A DNA stretch of 56,395 nucleotides, filler included, from Platydemus manokwari (GCA_037951405.1; 5 parts of 5 records of this genome joined end to end with filler, not necessarily neighbours in it); one strand, 5' to 3'; counted from the whole stretch's first letter, positions 1 to 13,800 are shown. Notes: generated from the sequence alone by a model not told the origin. Numbers and translations are program-made.

Positions 1-508
1 CCCGTAATTTTTATATTTAAAAAATGTATTACATGTTGTGTTTCTCTTAAATATACCAGTAATTTATTTAAAAATAAAAGCTATAAAATAAAACGTTATC
101 TCACGGTAAACTCAATTTTAATAAGCGAACTAAGAAAATTTATTTCTATCATTAGTAATTTTATTCAATTTAAAAAATATAAGAAAAATTCAAATGCCAA
201 TGTTCCATGTTTTCAAAGTTTGAATAAAATTAAAATTAAAAAAATGATAATTTAGAAAATAAATTTATTGATGAAAACTCAAAAATAAAGAATTTAAAAA
301 ATTCTCCAAGAAAAAATATTCTTCTATAAGAAACGATGTATCTAAGAAAACCTTAGAAATGATTTTTTCGTTTAACGCTTCACAGATATTTTTTATTACT
401 ATGTGTATTGATTTGATGTTTTATGTTTATATTTTTTAGTTTTTTTATTCAGGAATAATTTAGTTATTATTTAATTAAATGAATATATATTTCATTTAAA
501 TACAACTT

Positions 509-830
509 GGCTTAACTTAAGAAAAGGGGTTCTTTTAACCACTTTCGTATTAATGAATTTTGGCACATGAGGTAATTTTATAACTTAATTTTATAATAAT
601 TTAAATTTTTTAAATTATAAATCGAGTTAGTTAACTACAGACATTTTTAATAATATCATTACTAATTTTGATAAAATAATTGCAAAAATTTAGAATATCT
701 TTCAGTTTGCTTCTAATATTAAAAAAGAGGGTCCTCGCTAATTTTCAAAAAATCGCAGTTCGACATAATTTGATCCGTTTTTCAAATAATGAAATTTGAG
801 GATAATTTAAAGCCCTAATGTATTTAATTG
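509..830. mobile_element. Truncated, diverged copy of the same Merlin-like MITE
   Basis: Begins GGCTTAACTTAAGAAAAGGGGTTC and aligns by eye with 14680-15020 (actttcgtaXtaatgaatttt, ttgcttctaat, ttgaXccgtttttcaa, tgtatttaat). The right TIR is not seen and the end coordinate is approximate. Confidence 0.75.
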
Positions 831-1069
831 ATACTTTCGGGCCTTATTGATTTTTTGTTTAATGAAGCTAAATCCTATTTAATACCACTACTGTCTTAAT
901 CAGTCTCTATGAGCTCTTGATTAATGCCAAAGGTGTAATCTACCTTATGTTGATTTTCTTTCACCTCGCTCAGCCTTATTGTGTGAAGACAATATGTGTG
1001 GCAGTAGCGATATATTTTGCTTAACCTAATTATCAGTCTCAGATTTTATAAAACTATAACTATTATATA

Positions 1070-1740
1070 TGTTATTAACAATGAGTAACAATTTTACAAT
1101 CCATGTATGAATAATAATTAAGATTTATTATTACAAATATTTATTAACATTTAACATCAATACAAAAACTGGTTAACAATAACAATATAAAATTACAATG
1201 GATTTTAAAACTACACTATACATCAAATTATACTTATAAAGGTCCTTACAACTTCCAAAAAAAGAACGGTAGCTACCTCCAACTCGAGGAGCAGATCCTT
1301 TACCTTCAAGATCTTTGCGGAAAAACTCTACAATACGAAATACGATATACGGTATATAATATAGATAAGTATGTTACAGGTACGGTCTTACTTTGGATCT
1401 TCAAGCGAATGCCGGGCAAATACAAGAATATTGGTCTTCTGCACCAGATGGTCTTCTACAGTGCGTCGAATAGAAATTCGGATTCTTCTCCAATGTAGCG
1501 TATGGAATTGTGAAATTTGATTGCGAAAAATAATGGCAGTAATTATGTCGGTGTTGATTGTGATTATTGTCTTATATAGGCAGTGTGAATCATTCGCAGA
1601 TATTCTCTGCGATTAAATCTAATGCCAGTGAATTTATTATTTTAGGGAATTTCGAAGGATTTGCTATTGGTGATTTTATTGGTATTATTATTTTACGGAT
1701 ATATAAATAATAAATATTATAAATATCAATATTTTTAACC
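1070..1740 (-). mobile_element. Probable solo LTR of an LTR retrotransposon
   Basis: Non-coding block of raised GC beginning TGTTATT, with a minus-strand TATA-like GCCTATATAAG (about 1571-1581) upstream of a minus-strand AATAAA (about 1124-1129). TSD and second terminus not confirmed. Confidence 0.4.
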
Positions 1741-4700
1741 GGTCTTTGCTTGGAAATTCCAAAGTGTCAAAATATAAAAAAATATACATTGATTTAATAA
1801 AAATTAATACAATAAAAATTAATAAAATATACTGATAATAAAAATGCGAATAAAATCAGCAATGAAGCATCACCAACAAAACAAAAATGGATCAAATGGT
1901 AAATCGAACTCGATACGTTTTGGGACAACATATAATTTTTCCTAACAATTCCGGAAAGGTATTGACTTCGTTACTCTTTCATTTTATTGAAGCTTAAAAT
2001 ATTTAAGGTATAGTGTAGATTTTGAAATATAATTTAAATTTAAATAACACTTACCAATGACTTCCAGTAAAACTAGGCATACAAATTGGTGATCAAATAA
2101 ACGATTAAATATTTTCTGAAATGCGCTTGGCAGAAAAATGATACCTTTCTCTTGGTGTTTTCTAAATGATTCTCCACTATTATTATTTGTCTGGCCTAAT
2201 ACACTGTTGCTGAGAAATCAGATATATTCTACTAGAATAATCATTTATTCGTTGGCATTTTTCAGAATAATAAGGAATTATTTTTCTTTCCCTGAAAAAG
2301 TGAATTTTCTTTAGTGGCTAGATTATATTTAATTCTGGCTTTTGTTTTATTTGTTTTATTTCCCATCAATTTAATGCATTTCGATTTCTAATTTATTTTT
2401 TGTGGGATTCTATTTTGGGATTTATTTCCAATCATAAATTTATTAATAAATTTATTATTTTAAAATTGTAAATATTTTATCCGAAATTAAAGATAAAAAT
2501 TACTATAAATAAAACTAAGCCCAATTATTTCATGAATAAAATTGTTACACTGATAATAAATATTTTATCATTATGCACTTATATTATTATTCTCTGTTAC
2601 GACGATACATTAATACAACCGAATATGGTTATGCATTGATGAAAAAATACGATTATATCAAATAAAAATGTCTATATCAAATTTTCACATATTTTCTCAT
2701 ATTTAAATTGTTGTCAATTTTGCTGAGATTGTCGACCTCCGTCCCGACATATCGTAATTTACGATTTACATCTTATTAATAATTTTCTTGTCCAATTCAT
2801 CTGGAAAGTATAGATTTATTAAGATACTAAAAATCATTAAAGTACGAAATATTATGAATTGTATAGTAATAAAATATTTCACTACATAAAATATTTTATT
2901 TTATTCCCTATTAATAATAACAATTTTAATTTACTTTCATTGGTACACAGAAACGAATATTGATTATTAATTTGCCAATTATATTTGCAAAACACATTGA
3001 TATATTAAGCAATACAATTGGAAGAATATCAAGGATTAGAGTTATATATACAATTGATCACATTGACCGTCAGTTATTACACAATTCAATATATTGTTTT
3101 TACAATCATGTTTTAAATGTTGATCTATTCACTCTGATATTTTTTGATCGTTCTTTTCAACTAATTTCGCCCCATGCGACCATCCTCATTCTTCATATAA
3201 TCCAAACTTTGTTGACCATTTGGGCATTTTGCCTGTACTGTGACTGGATATCATATCATCATGACTTTGTCTCAAGTAATGTTTCTCCACTCATCTTTCA
3301 TGCTTGCTTTTTAGTCACCTCGATTAAAGCCTTGAATCCTTTCTAGATACTTTTGATGTTACTGCCTTAAGATAAAGAACCTTGACTTTCGGAAATGCCT
3401 TGCCATTATTTTATACCTAACCTTGTTGTAACATTAGATTAGAAGTCTCTAAGGGGAGAACCAGTAACTAAATTTGATAATATGCCGTTACCGCAGTACC
3501 GCGAGATAATATTCATAGTTAATAAATTGATACAAGCTCTCGAAAATTAACAAACTAAAATATAATAATGAGATTTTAATGAAGGTGGTTCAGTGTTTTA
3601 ATTTGTACTTATAATCAATAATTAATTTCCAATAATATCTGGTTGTCTTTTAATATAAATATGGAATCAAAATTAATGGCATATTATGACTCATCAAATT
3701 TCATGTATATCTATAAATAAATAATATAGCAATGTTTATTAATAATTCAATAAATAAACCTTTAATAAACATTGCTAATCAAGCAAAACACAGTCAAGAA
3801 ATAAATGGTGCTCGACTGTGTTAAGAATTAAAGCAATGAACGGTTACGTTAATTTAGAAATAAATGTGAACATAATTTTGGACAAAGAATTATCTAGTAA
3901 ATTAAATAACACCAAATTAACATTACTCCACGTGCAAATTGCACGTTCAAATTTAAATTGATAAGCTCGGATAGATTTTGAGAAATTAGAATTGATAAAA
4001 ATTTGATATCTTGAATTGTTAATTAGTTAACTTTCATTATCGGTTTGAATTTATTGGTGTGAGAAATTTTATTTTTTAATTAGCTTTGAAAACCATCAAA
4101 CCTAGCAATGTTGAAGAAATTCTAAATCTTGACGATATCTCTAAATTTCATTCAGTAATATGTATAAACTTTTTATTAGAAAATAAATTCAAGATTTTGA
4201 AAGAAATATAATTTCTCGAACTTTGAGAGGCTATTAAACTACATAGGAACAAAAAACATTTATTTTTTCACTTTAAATGAAAATTTCATAATTTTTAAAT
4301 AGAATTGTCGATTATAGATACTTAGGGAAAGTGAAAAGAATATTTCATAATTAAATATCTAAATAGGCATTTTTTAAAAAGTTTAATTAACCTTTTGTTG
4401 AAGCTTAATTGAATGAATCAAATTAATGGTATTAACTGTAAATAATTACTTTCCAATCCAAAATAGTTTTCTAATGAAAATCACCTATTTTTCGAAATGT
4501 AATTATTTCTCAAATGTCAGAAAGAAAATATTAGATTTATAAATCTTAATCGAATCTATTTTAATTGATCCAAAATAAATGATCGTTTTCAGTGTTTAAC
4601 TAACCCAAAATACTTTTATTAAAAGTCCAATGTTGAGTTGTCCAAAGATCATACCGTTCAATAACTTCAATTATTTTTTAATAAATTTTAATTTAATCTT

Positions 4701-5377
4701 TACCGTAAAATATTGTTATCGAATTAATTTTGTTTAGATAAAAATCGTCATTGAAATCAACAAATTGAGTTGTATTTGAGTCATAATAACTTACTATAAC
4801 AATAGTACCGCAAGCAATTCATTAAAAGTACAATGTATATATTACATAAAGTGCATATATATGTATAGAGCTATTTATACTATTAAATTACAGGTTTTAT
4901 CAAAAAATAAATTATTAATCAATATTTAAACAGTGATTATAACGTAACAGATCAATATAATAACAAATTATCACCAAAATAAGTAAACATAACAAAGTAT
5001 CAATTGTACCTAAATTTCTTTTTCAATATACTATAATACAGTTACAATTCTTATTAAAAATATTAAAAAATAGATTCAGGTTTCTGAAGACAGATTTGAC
5101 CATATTATCACATTGTAATTAGAAAGGAGCACATGACTGAATCAACTTAAGTCAATTTAAAATGATATTCTCAACGTTGTATAACATCACCAATAAGGTG
5201 AAAAGAAAATAGATATTACGAATAAGAATAATCAAGCATAATCTACTGTCCATAATGAATTTTTTAATATCATTTAGCAATAAGAGATTTATTTGTTCAA
5301 ACTATACATTTTATATTTAAATAGACATCACATCATGATGGCAAGCAAATATTAGATTTCTGTTGGTTTTATTTTTG

Positions 5378-8300
5378 TCACAGCTCTTTTTTATTAAATC
5401 CATTATCATGCATTGGAATAGGAACATTGGTGTCACCATTACTGTTAGTAGCAGGAGCTACAACAATTTTGACATTAGAATCTAACAATTTTTGTGAAGA
5501 CATTGCATTTTTATTATTTGTTGAGACAGAACTATTATCACATCCAAATGAAGTAGACGATTCATTTGAATTAGATGTAGAAAGTGATGATTGCTGAATA
5601 TTAAACGATAAAGCACTATTGAAAGCAGTTTGTGCAGATACACAATGACCCAAAGTAGAAAAATATGGAGAATTTAGTGATGCTAATGTGTTATTTGAAC
5701 CCGGTGCAGCCCATATAGAATTGAAGTTTGATAGAGATACATTGTTCAACAGAGGCCATGGCGCTTGTGCTGGTTGTGTAGCAAGAGCTGTTTGAGGAGT
5801 TGGAGGAATTTGATTAAGCAAAATAGGCTGGTGTCGAATGGAAAGAGGATTTTGAGTAGGCAAAACCCGATTTAAATTTTCACCCGAATTCATATCAGGT
5901 ATATGATTGGTTGATAGTGAATAATTTATTCCATTATTTGTAGGTAGAAAAGGAATTGGTTGAGGCATATTAGCTTGTGGATTGATAATTGGAGCCGGTG
6001 GTGAAGTATTTGTATTCTGATTCATTATATTATTAATTAAAACTGTAAATTCTGAACTAGTTAGAGGACTATTGAGATCTAAATTAGCAGATCGCATAAA
6101 GCTACTGAATGCAGCTTCTGCCATATTTTGATCATAATTTGTTGTATTAATAAGTATGTTTATAGCTTTGTTTATGTGATCTTGAAGTCTGATTACACGT
6201 TCTTCTTGAGGAACAACAAATGAATTGTGACTGTTAGCGGTATAATTCTGTACAGTAGAAGGTGGAAGTGGAACATTTGTGATATTTTGTGGCTGATGCA
6301 TAGAAAAGACTGGTGTATTTTTCACGTTCTTGTTAATATTACCAGCATTACTAATAATATTGTGATCAAATTTTGATGGATTTTTCTGGGTTATATTTAT
6401 ATTTCCAGGATTATTATATCCACTGTTAGATGACATTGGCTGCATGGTCTGACCCATGTTACCCATACCATGTATTGAGATACCATGTCTGGGTTTGAAT
6501 ATGTTTGCAGACGGATTTAAACTTAAAGTCCCATTTACGGTATAATATAAATCATCAGATTTAAATCCATAATAATTATTATTTGCAATATTTCCTAAGG
6601 CTGGAGAAAAAGCCTCAGCTTTAGGATTGAGACTTTGTAATTTTGGATAATGACTCATAACTTCATAAGCATTGATTGATACATTTTCATTATTTATTGA
6701 ATTTAATATGGTAGGTTCTGGGTAAGGTTTAGCAAAATCAACGAATGGTTTTTCATTTTGCTGTACAGTTGTCCAGTTGTGAAGATTGCTAATAGAATTT
6801 CGTGCTCCAGAAGTATTAGCACAGGAAGCGTTAGAATTTGAATTACTGAAATCAGTAATATCATCCTTTTCTGAATTATTAGATGTTATCGTACTATCGG
6901 AAGAGTTAATGTCGACTGATGGAGTACTATTATTTTTAACATTTACTTTGGAAGTGTTTTCTATTTGAGGAGAATGTTCTGGTGTTGAATTGTATGTTCT
7001 TTGATGAAGACTTCTTTCTGATCCAGGAGCTAATGGAAATGATTTAGACACATTGTTTGTGGGTAATGATGGTACAAAAGATGGTAACCCAGATATGTTT
7101 GTGTTTACTTCAAGAGGCTCGTTAATCATTGAAGTATCGTGATCCAGTTGCCCGGGTAAGAAGTTTGATGTTACCTGATTTTCTACTGATACTGCTTCAG
7201 AGGTCTTTGAGTTTTCAAAAGTTTGATTTGATGTAAAAGAATCAGCGTTAGCTTCAGATAAACTTGGAAAATGACCACTGTGATAATTCCCATTATAAAT
7301 GATTTTTTCTGAATATTTAACTCGTTGTGCTGGATTCACGGTAACAATTCCTGCGGCAGCTACAGTTGCAAAGTCTGGACCCTTTACTGATTTTGAAAAT
7401 CCGTATTGTAGACTATTATTATTGTTATTTACAGATGTCAAGTTGAATTTGTTATAACCAACTTTATTAACTTTTCCATTGTGGCGAACAGTTAATAAAG
7501 GTTTGGAATGAATTGTTTTAGAATATTCAGAATCCGTATTATTATTAATAGTATTATATTCATTAGACAACTTTGGTCCAGTAACTGACTTGGACAAAAA
7601 CGATTCTGATTCTTGAATGACATGATTACCTGTTATTTTACTTTCAACTAAATCACAAATAAATTCTTTAGCTTTATATACAGCTTCGGAAGTTCCTTTT
7701 AAGTGCACAGTTCGCTCATCAAGCTCATTTGCCAAGCTATCAATATCTATATGAGCTCCAGTTATGTGTCGTATGGCATTAACAACAGATCCTCCTTGAC
7801 CAATAACTTTTCCAATATCCTTCTTATTTATTTGAATATCAAGTTTCTTTTTGTTTCCACCAATTTTTTGCCAATTACTACTAATGTTTTCTTCTGATTT
7901 ATTAGTTGATAAATTTTTGTTTGAATTTATTTGAGTCCAAGAATTTCCTTTGATATTAGTCTTACTTGGAGAAATATCGATTGTATTTGATGTATTTAAA
8001 ACAAATTTCCCATTTGTCTCCTTAGAAAGTGTAATTGGCTCTTCCTTTTTAACTTTTGCTGACACAACACCGTTAATTTGTTTTTTGGATTTAAAATCTT
8101 CTATGACACTGGAAGATTTATTTCTATCTGTTTCCGATTTAACTTTGGGTTGTTTATTAGATTTGTTTGATGAACGATTGTCCGGATTTATATTTTCATT
8201 ATTATTAATTGACTTTGGATCTGAATCCTCAGTATAATAATTTTCTAGATAATCATGTTGATTTTTTGATATTACCAATTCATCAGATTCATCTTTATTA

Positions 8301-11300
8301 TCATTTTTTGATGAATCATCTTTTTCTTGTTTCGCTTTTTTCTTGGCTTTTTTCTTTTCACGCTTCTTAGCTTGTTTGACTTCTTTCTGCTCTTTTGCTT
8401 TTCTTTCCTCTTCTACTTGCTTTAAAAGATCTTTAGCATTCTTAGCAGCTTCGTATTCTTGTCGCTCTTTCGCTTTAAGAATAATTTCTTTACAAGCTTC
8501 ACACTTGCTAATTAAATCCTAAAAATAAATAATTTTTATAATTTAACATGTAGTGCTTTGAAACAAAAACAAAACACTCTGAATATCAGTAATGTAAGTG
8601 TGAAAATTAAATAAATTTTAATGGAAATATAAAAATTTACCTGATTTTTTAAAATAAAATAAAAATTAAAAACTTATCTAAATTATATCAATAATTACTT
8701 CAGAATTTTTTTTTAATCTAAAGTCGTTTTCCAATTATTTATCGATCTAAAATTACGAAATTATTTGATTTGGTTTTAAATTAGAAATTCAAAGTAAACT
8801 TATTTGTTTACGAGAATAATAAATCCGGATATTTAAATTTAATAAATAAAAATGATTGATTTTAATTTAATGTAATATTTATTTCTGCATACAAATAATA
8901 TCATTCAGATTTTTTCATATTCTACAAATCTCTACATAATGTCAAGCTCACTTACTATATCCATATCATTAAAATCAAAATCATAATGAGCCTTATCAAT
9001 CGATAAATCATGAGAATCTCTACATGAGTCACAATTACGCATATCAGTTGTAATATCGGATATTCTTGGTTGATCGACGAAATAACTTAATTCCATGTTG
9101 GATCTATCTTTGCACACTGTTTTCAATATCGATAAATCTGAATTGTATATAGATCTGTAGTTGGTATTATCGACACGTTGACTCAGAATTAATCCAGGCA
9201 TATATTTAGGCATTAACATATAGTTAAATGCCATTTGAAATTGAAGCAATTGTCGATTAGTTCAGTAAGATTGAAAAATATCCATAATAATGTAAACTCC
9301 AAAGGGAATCGAAAAATTTCAAAAATCATATCAGAATTTAGAATAAAATTCTTATCATATTGATTAGATTTGACATTAGCACGCCTCAATAAATGACAAA
9401 TAAATACCTCATTGTGATAGGCTGGTAAGTTTAAGAGAAATATGAATGCACACATTTTATTACTCATTTGGAGAAGAGAGTAGTTCATGAAATGTGTGTC
9501 AATAGACTTATTATTGAATATCTATAAATAGTATCAAGAGAGAATTCACGGTTTACGTATTCAATCAATTATATCAATTAAAGAAAATACAATTCTAAAA
9601 CATTCTAATAATAATAACATAATAATAAAAAATAAAATATTTTGTATAAAGATAGGTTGATATTATTTAAAAAGTAAAAGAAAAATCTTGAATAAATTTA
9701 AAATGTATGGTGTAAATTTCGAAATCATATTAATAAAAATTATCAGAATTGATCAACTATAATTGATCAGTTAACAGATTTCGGTCAATTTGGTTGAAAA
9801 ATAAATACATGATTTCAAATATAAATGCATGAAATATTTTTGAATCGCATTAATAGATATCTTAAAATAATAATTTGTACCTTATCAGCATCTTTTATAG
9901 ACTTGAGATGCTTATTACAATCATGCTCAGATGGGAATTGAGTGACATATTTGACAAGTTCTTTTACGACCTTTACATGGCCTTTTTTAAAAGCAGCCAT
10001 TAAACATGTCATTCTTCGATTATCCGAACTATTCACGTCTGCTTTATAATCGATGAGAATCTTAACGACATCAATATAACCTCCTAAAATGTTTAAATGT
10101 GATAATTATTAAGAGACACGCAAATTTACCATTACAAGCCAACCAGAGAGGAGTATCTCCTTTTTTGTTTTTAGCATCAACAATAGCACCACTAAAAAGA
10201 TTTTACATTCATACAAAAATTCAAATTTATTCTTACTGTAGTAGAAGTAACTTAACAAATTCTGTATGACCTTTGTCTGCAGCAATAATCAACACAGTTT
10301 CGCGTGAGGAAGGAACTGGAACAGCATTAACTTCGGCTCCTGCTGCGATAAGAATTCTACCAACTTCTACGTGACCTTGTGAGGCTGCCTCCATCAAAGG
10401 AGTCAACCCACTCTTGGCCCGGTGTTCTACATAAGCTTTTTTTTCTACTAGTAAAGAAACAACTTCATTACGACCTTGAAAGCATGCCAGTGTTAATGCA
10501 GTATTACGATTAGTTTCAATTTGGGCATTAATATCTGAGCCATTTTCTAACAATATGTTCACAGCATTCACATGACCATTCATGGCTGCTAACATAAGAG
10601 GACTAATTCCTAATTTTGAATTTGTTCTTGAATTAATTTCTGCATTATTTTTTAATAAAAATTTTATAATATCAACATATCCCCCGGATGCAGCTAAACT
10701 AAGAGGAGTATAATCAGAAATATTTCTATGCTCGATCATCGCATTTCTGTTTACTAACTCTTCAACGATTTCATATTTCCCGTTAGCACAAGCTATTGAC
10801 AATGCAGTGTCTTTAGTTCTTTCAACCATCGCTTCTATGTCAGCACCAGAATCCAAAAGAAATTTAACAACTTCTAGATGTCCATTTAAGACTGCAACAT
10901 GTAAAGCAGTTTGGGATTTTTTATCCCGATGTTCTAATTTAGCACCGCTATTTATTAAAAGCTTTACGACTTCTATGTGACCACCAGAACATGCCAAAGA
11001 CAATGGCGATTCTTGAAGAGATTCCGTACAAACGTTAACATTTAGTTTATTTTTACAATTATGCTTCAAACAATTTGTATGACTGATTGAACCAGAATTA
11101 TAAGGAGGGACGTTGCAATGATCAATTTCGATTTCAGATTCAAAATCATCATCCTCATCATTTTCTTCATTGTCCATCTCTTCTACCACTTCAAGATTTT
11201 CAATACTGTTACTACCGCTAATGGCAGTACCTGATTTGCATTTTGGAATATCACAATTATCAATACTAATTTTCGGCATGAAATCAAGATGGTAACTCGG

Positions 11301-11480
11301 AGTCATTAATCCATGCTTGGTACCACAATCTTGTGATAATTGGCACATATGTGAAGAAAGCATATTATTAGTACTTTGTAAGTCATTTAACATCGTATGT
11401 TGGTAAAATTCAACTCTTTCGTCACTTGAGAAGTTTTTATCGGGAAATGTGAAGCTCGTGTTGAATCCATTGTTAGATTC
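5378..11480 (-). CDS. mask: MASK / ANKHD1 / ANKRD17 ortholog, 5'-partial (multiple ankyrin repeats, single KH domain). Exons 11480-10237, 10191-10130, 10083-9881, 8518-5378
   Basis: Hand-spliced at GT-AG sites (introns of 45, 46 and 1362 bp) with phases consistent. Gives 10 ankyrin repeats with MASK signatures (EHRNISDYTPLSLAASGGY, SRTNSKLGISPLMLAAMNGH, AQIETNRNTALTLACFQGR, VPSSRETVLIIAADKGH, VTQFPS), then coiled coil/basic NLS (AKERQEYEAAKNAKDLL...KKREKKKAKK), KH domain (IGKVIGQGGSVVNAIRHITGAHIDID) and an N/S/P/Q-rich tail ending at TGA 5378. The first ankyrin cluster is not seen; the gene runs into the gap at 11557. Confidence 0.95.
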
Positions 11481-11556
11481 CTATTTTCAAATAAATTTCA
11501 AAATTATGTTAATTAAAAATATTCTAATAAATTATTAAAGAATAAAATATGATTCA

Positions 11557-11656
11557 NNNNNNNNNNNNNNNNNNNNNNNNNNNNNNNNNNNNNNNNNNNN
11601 TTAATTAATTAANNNNNNNNNNNNNNNNNNNNNNNNNNNNNNNNNNNNNNNNNNNN
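11557..11656. other. Assembly gap spacer (44 N + TTAATTAATTAA + 44 N)
   Basis: The identical 100-bp construct occurs four times; the 12-mer puts stops in all six frames. Confidence 0.97.
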
Positions 11657-13724
11657 CGAAATGTGCAGCGCTCTTGGTCATTTAATGAAACATGAAAGTT
11701 CAACCAGTGCAAGACGATAGGTGTCCATTTATTCACAAGTGACACATAGCTATGGAAGAATTTGCGATGAGCAAGGCTCAGTCCTTATTTGAAAGAAATT
11801 TACAAATGGATGTTTCATCACCTACACTTTGAGCATGCTTAGTATGATCAAAACATGCAGCTGATGACAAAGGTGGGTAGTGTATCAGACACAGTCAACT
11901 TTGTTGCAAATTGTTTTTATTTTAGTTTTTGGTCATGCTGAAAGGCAATAAGTCTGCTCTTTGAAATGGGTCTTATTTCACATGGCTGTGCAATGAGCTA
12001 TGCTGGCATTTTGCATGTTTTCCCAGAAAGGTTGAATATACTTTTTAAAATGGAATATATATATATGCAACCCAACATTATCTTGAATACAAATCGATAA
12101 AACCAAATACCAAAGATCGGTATTAATAAACAGGAATATACAATATTAATGATTGAAAAATAAAGCAAGAAAAAATCGATGCCCATAAATTTCATAGAAT
12201 GATATTTTCATTAATATAAATAAACATCATTACCAATAAATATTTGTGAAAATCGTTTTGTCAATCCATTGGAAATTGTTTAACCAATTACGTTTGATTC
12301 TCAACAAGTCTAGACATTTTTAATCATGTCTATAAATAAACTTTATTTTTATTCATTTTTCTTGATATGTGAGATATAATTTGAAATCAAACACAAAACA
12401 ATCGGCTTGCTCCATCGTTTATCCAATATGTTTCGTTTGAAGTTCATCAAAATTTCCCTGAGATCATAATATACCAATGATTTCCAATATGTTTTATTCT
12501 TGGTAAATTATGAGATCAGAGAAACTGATCAACTTTTTTCATCAACAAGCACAAATTGTTCGATTGGGAATTGTTTTTTTTTGATGAATTTGTAATATAT
12601 TTGATATGTCGATCAGGTTAGGATTGTATGGTTTCCGTTTAATACATATTTATAAATGGTATGGATATATTTATGGAAAAGTGAAGAAATTAACCTCGTT
12701 CTCACCGTGTTACGCCGATATAAAAAACCAGGAGAAGAACCATTTATTTTAGAAATGGAAAAAAGATAAATAAAAACAGTAGAAAACAAAACATTTGAAA
12801 TAAACTGAATGTTTTAATATTTATCGACGACATACCGTGCTATTGGATCGGGAAAATATGTGTTTCATTATTTTTACTGGAAGTATTGAACGGAGTTCTT
12901 ATTATAATTTTATTTTTATTTGTCTTTATATACTTATATTTCAAATCAAAACAACAATAACAATATTATGAATACTAAGAATTATCGATTAATTTTTTTT
13001 ATTGAAAACTCATTCTAAAATTCAATTGTAGAGTTGGTTTTATGGTGTCATTTATCATTGAACCATATCTTGAAATCTAGCATAATAAAACGCAATAAAT
13101 TATATTTAATTATTCATGATCAAACAATTATATGAGAAATATTTTTTATATTGTTAATATTCGAGATCATCAATTTTATGTAAAACTTTATTGATATGAG
13201 AAATAATTTTCATCTATTTAATATATTAAGTAATAAATCAGTGGATTTAGATTATGAAAATAATTGTTTTTATTATAATATTTAAAAACAATTTCAAATA
13301 AAATTTTCATTTTATTATTATTTAAAGATTAATAAACGATAAAATATATTAATCATGAGATGATGTGCAATATAATAAATAGATCGTGATAATCTTTAAT
13401 TTATTTATATTAATGGTTTTCAATCAAGGTTCGCCAAAATTAAGAGGCTCTGTGAGAGTAGACTAAATGGGCCATATGGATCACTCGTGTTCAACTCGTT
13501 TCCAATTAGTTGAAGTAGTTTTTTGCATTAGTTGCTTGTCTTAGGTTCAAAGAAATAGATAACTAAGCCTAGCAAGAAAGGACATTGTAATGCAACATAC
13601 TGTTGTCAAAAACCGACCATGTTACCAACTTTTCCGAAATTCCATCGTCAGTTATTCGTTAAAAATTTCAATATTTTAAAACATATTACGAATATTATTC
13701 ACACGAAATTCTAAGAATAAAATA

Positions 13725-13800
13725 GGTGGGTTGGGTTTCCCGCTACGAATTGGGAATGCGTTAAGGGTTCCGTAACCACAAAAGAACTGAAAAGCACTGA
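13725..13800. mobile_element. hAT-like (Buster/Charlie type) terminal fragment
   Basis: Ends AAGGGTTCCGTAACCACAAAAGAACTGAAAAGCACTG, i.e. a CAGTGCTTTTCA terminus on the reverse strand with GGAACCC subterminal motifs. The partner TIR was not found. Confidence 0.45.

Noticed and set aside
2960-3346. 128-aa plus-strand ORF
   Set aside because: TTG start, I/L/H-rich composition typical of an antisense or non-coding frame, and no recognisable domain.
6786-8237. Small plus-strand ORFs overlapping MASK
   Set aside because: Antisense shadows of the real coding exon.
5378-8278. 966-aa ORF as a stand-alone KH gene
   Set aside because: The frame is open back to a splice acceptor at 8519 and continues the MASK coiled coil; it is the last exon of MASK.
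11601-11612. Recurrent palindrome TTAATTAATTAA (also in the gaps at 24773, 34052 and 45172)
   Set aside because: Always centred in exactly 44+44 N, so it is an artificial six-frame-stop scaffolding linker and not biology.
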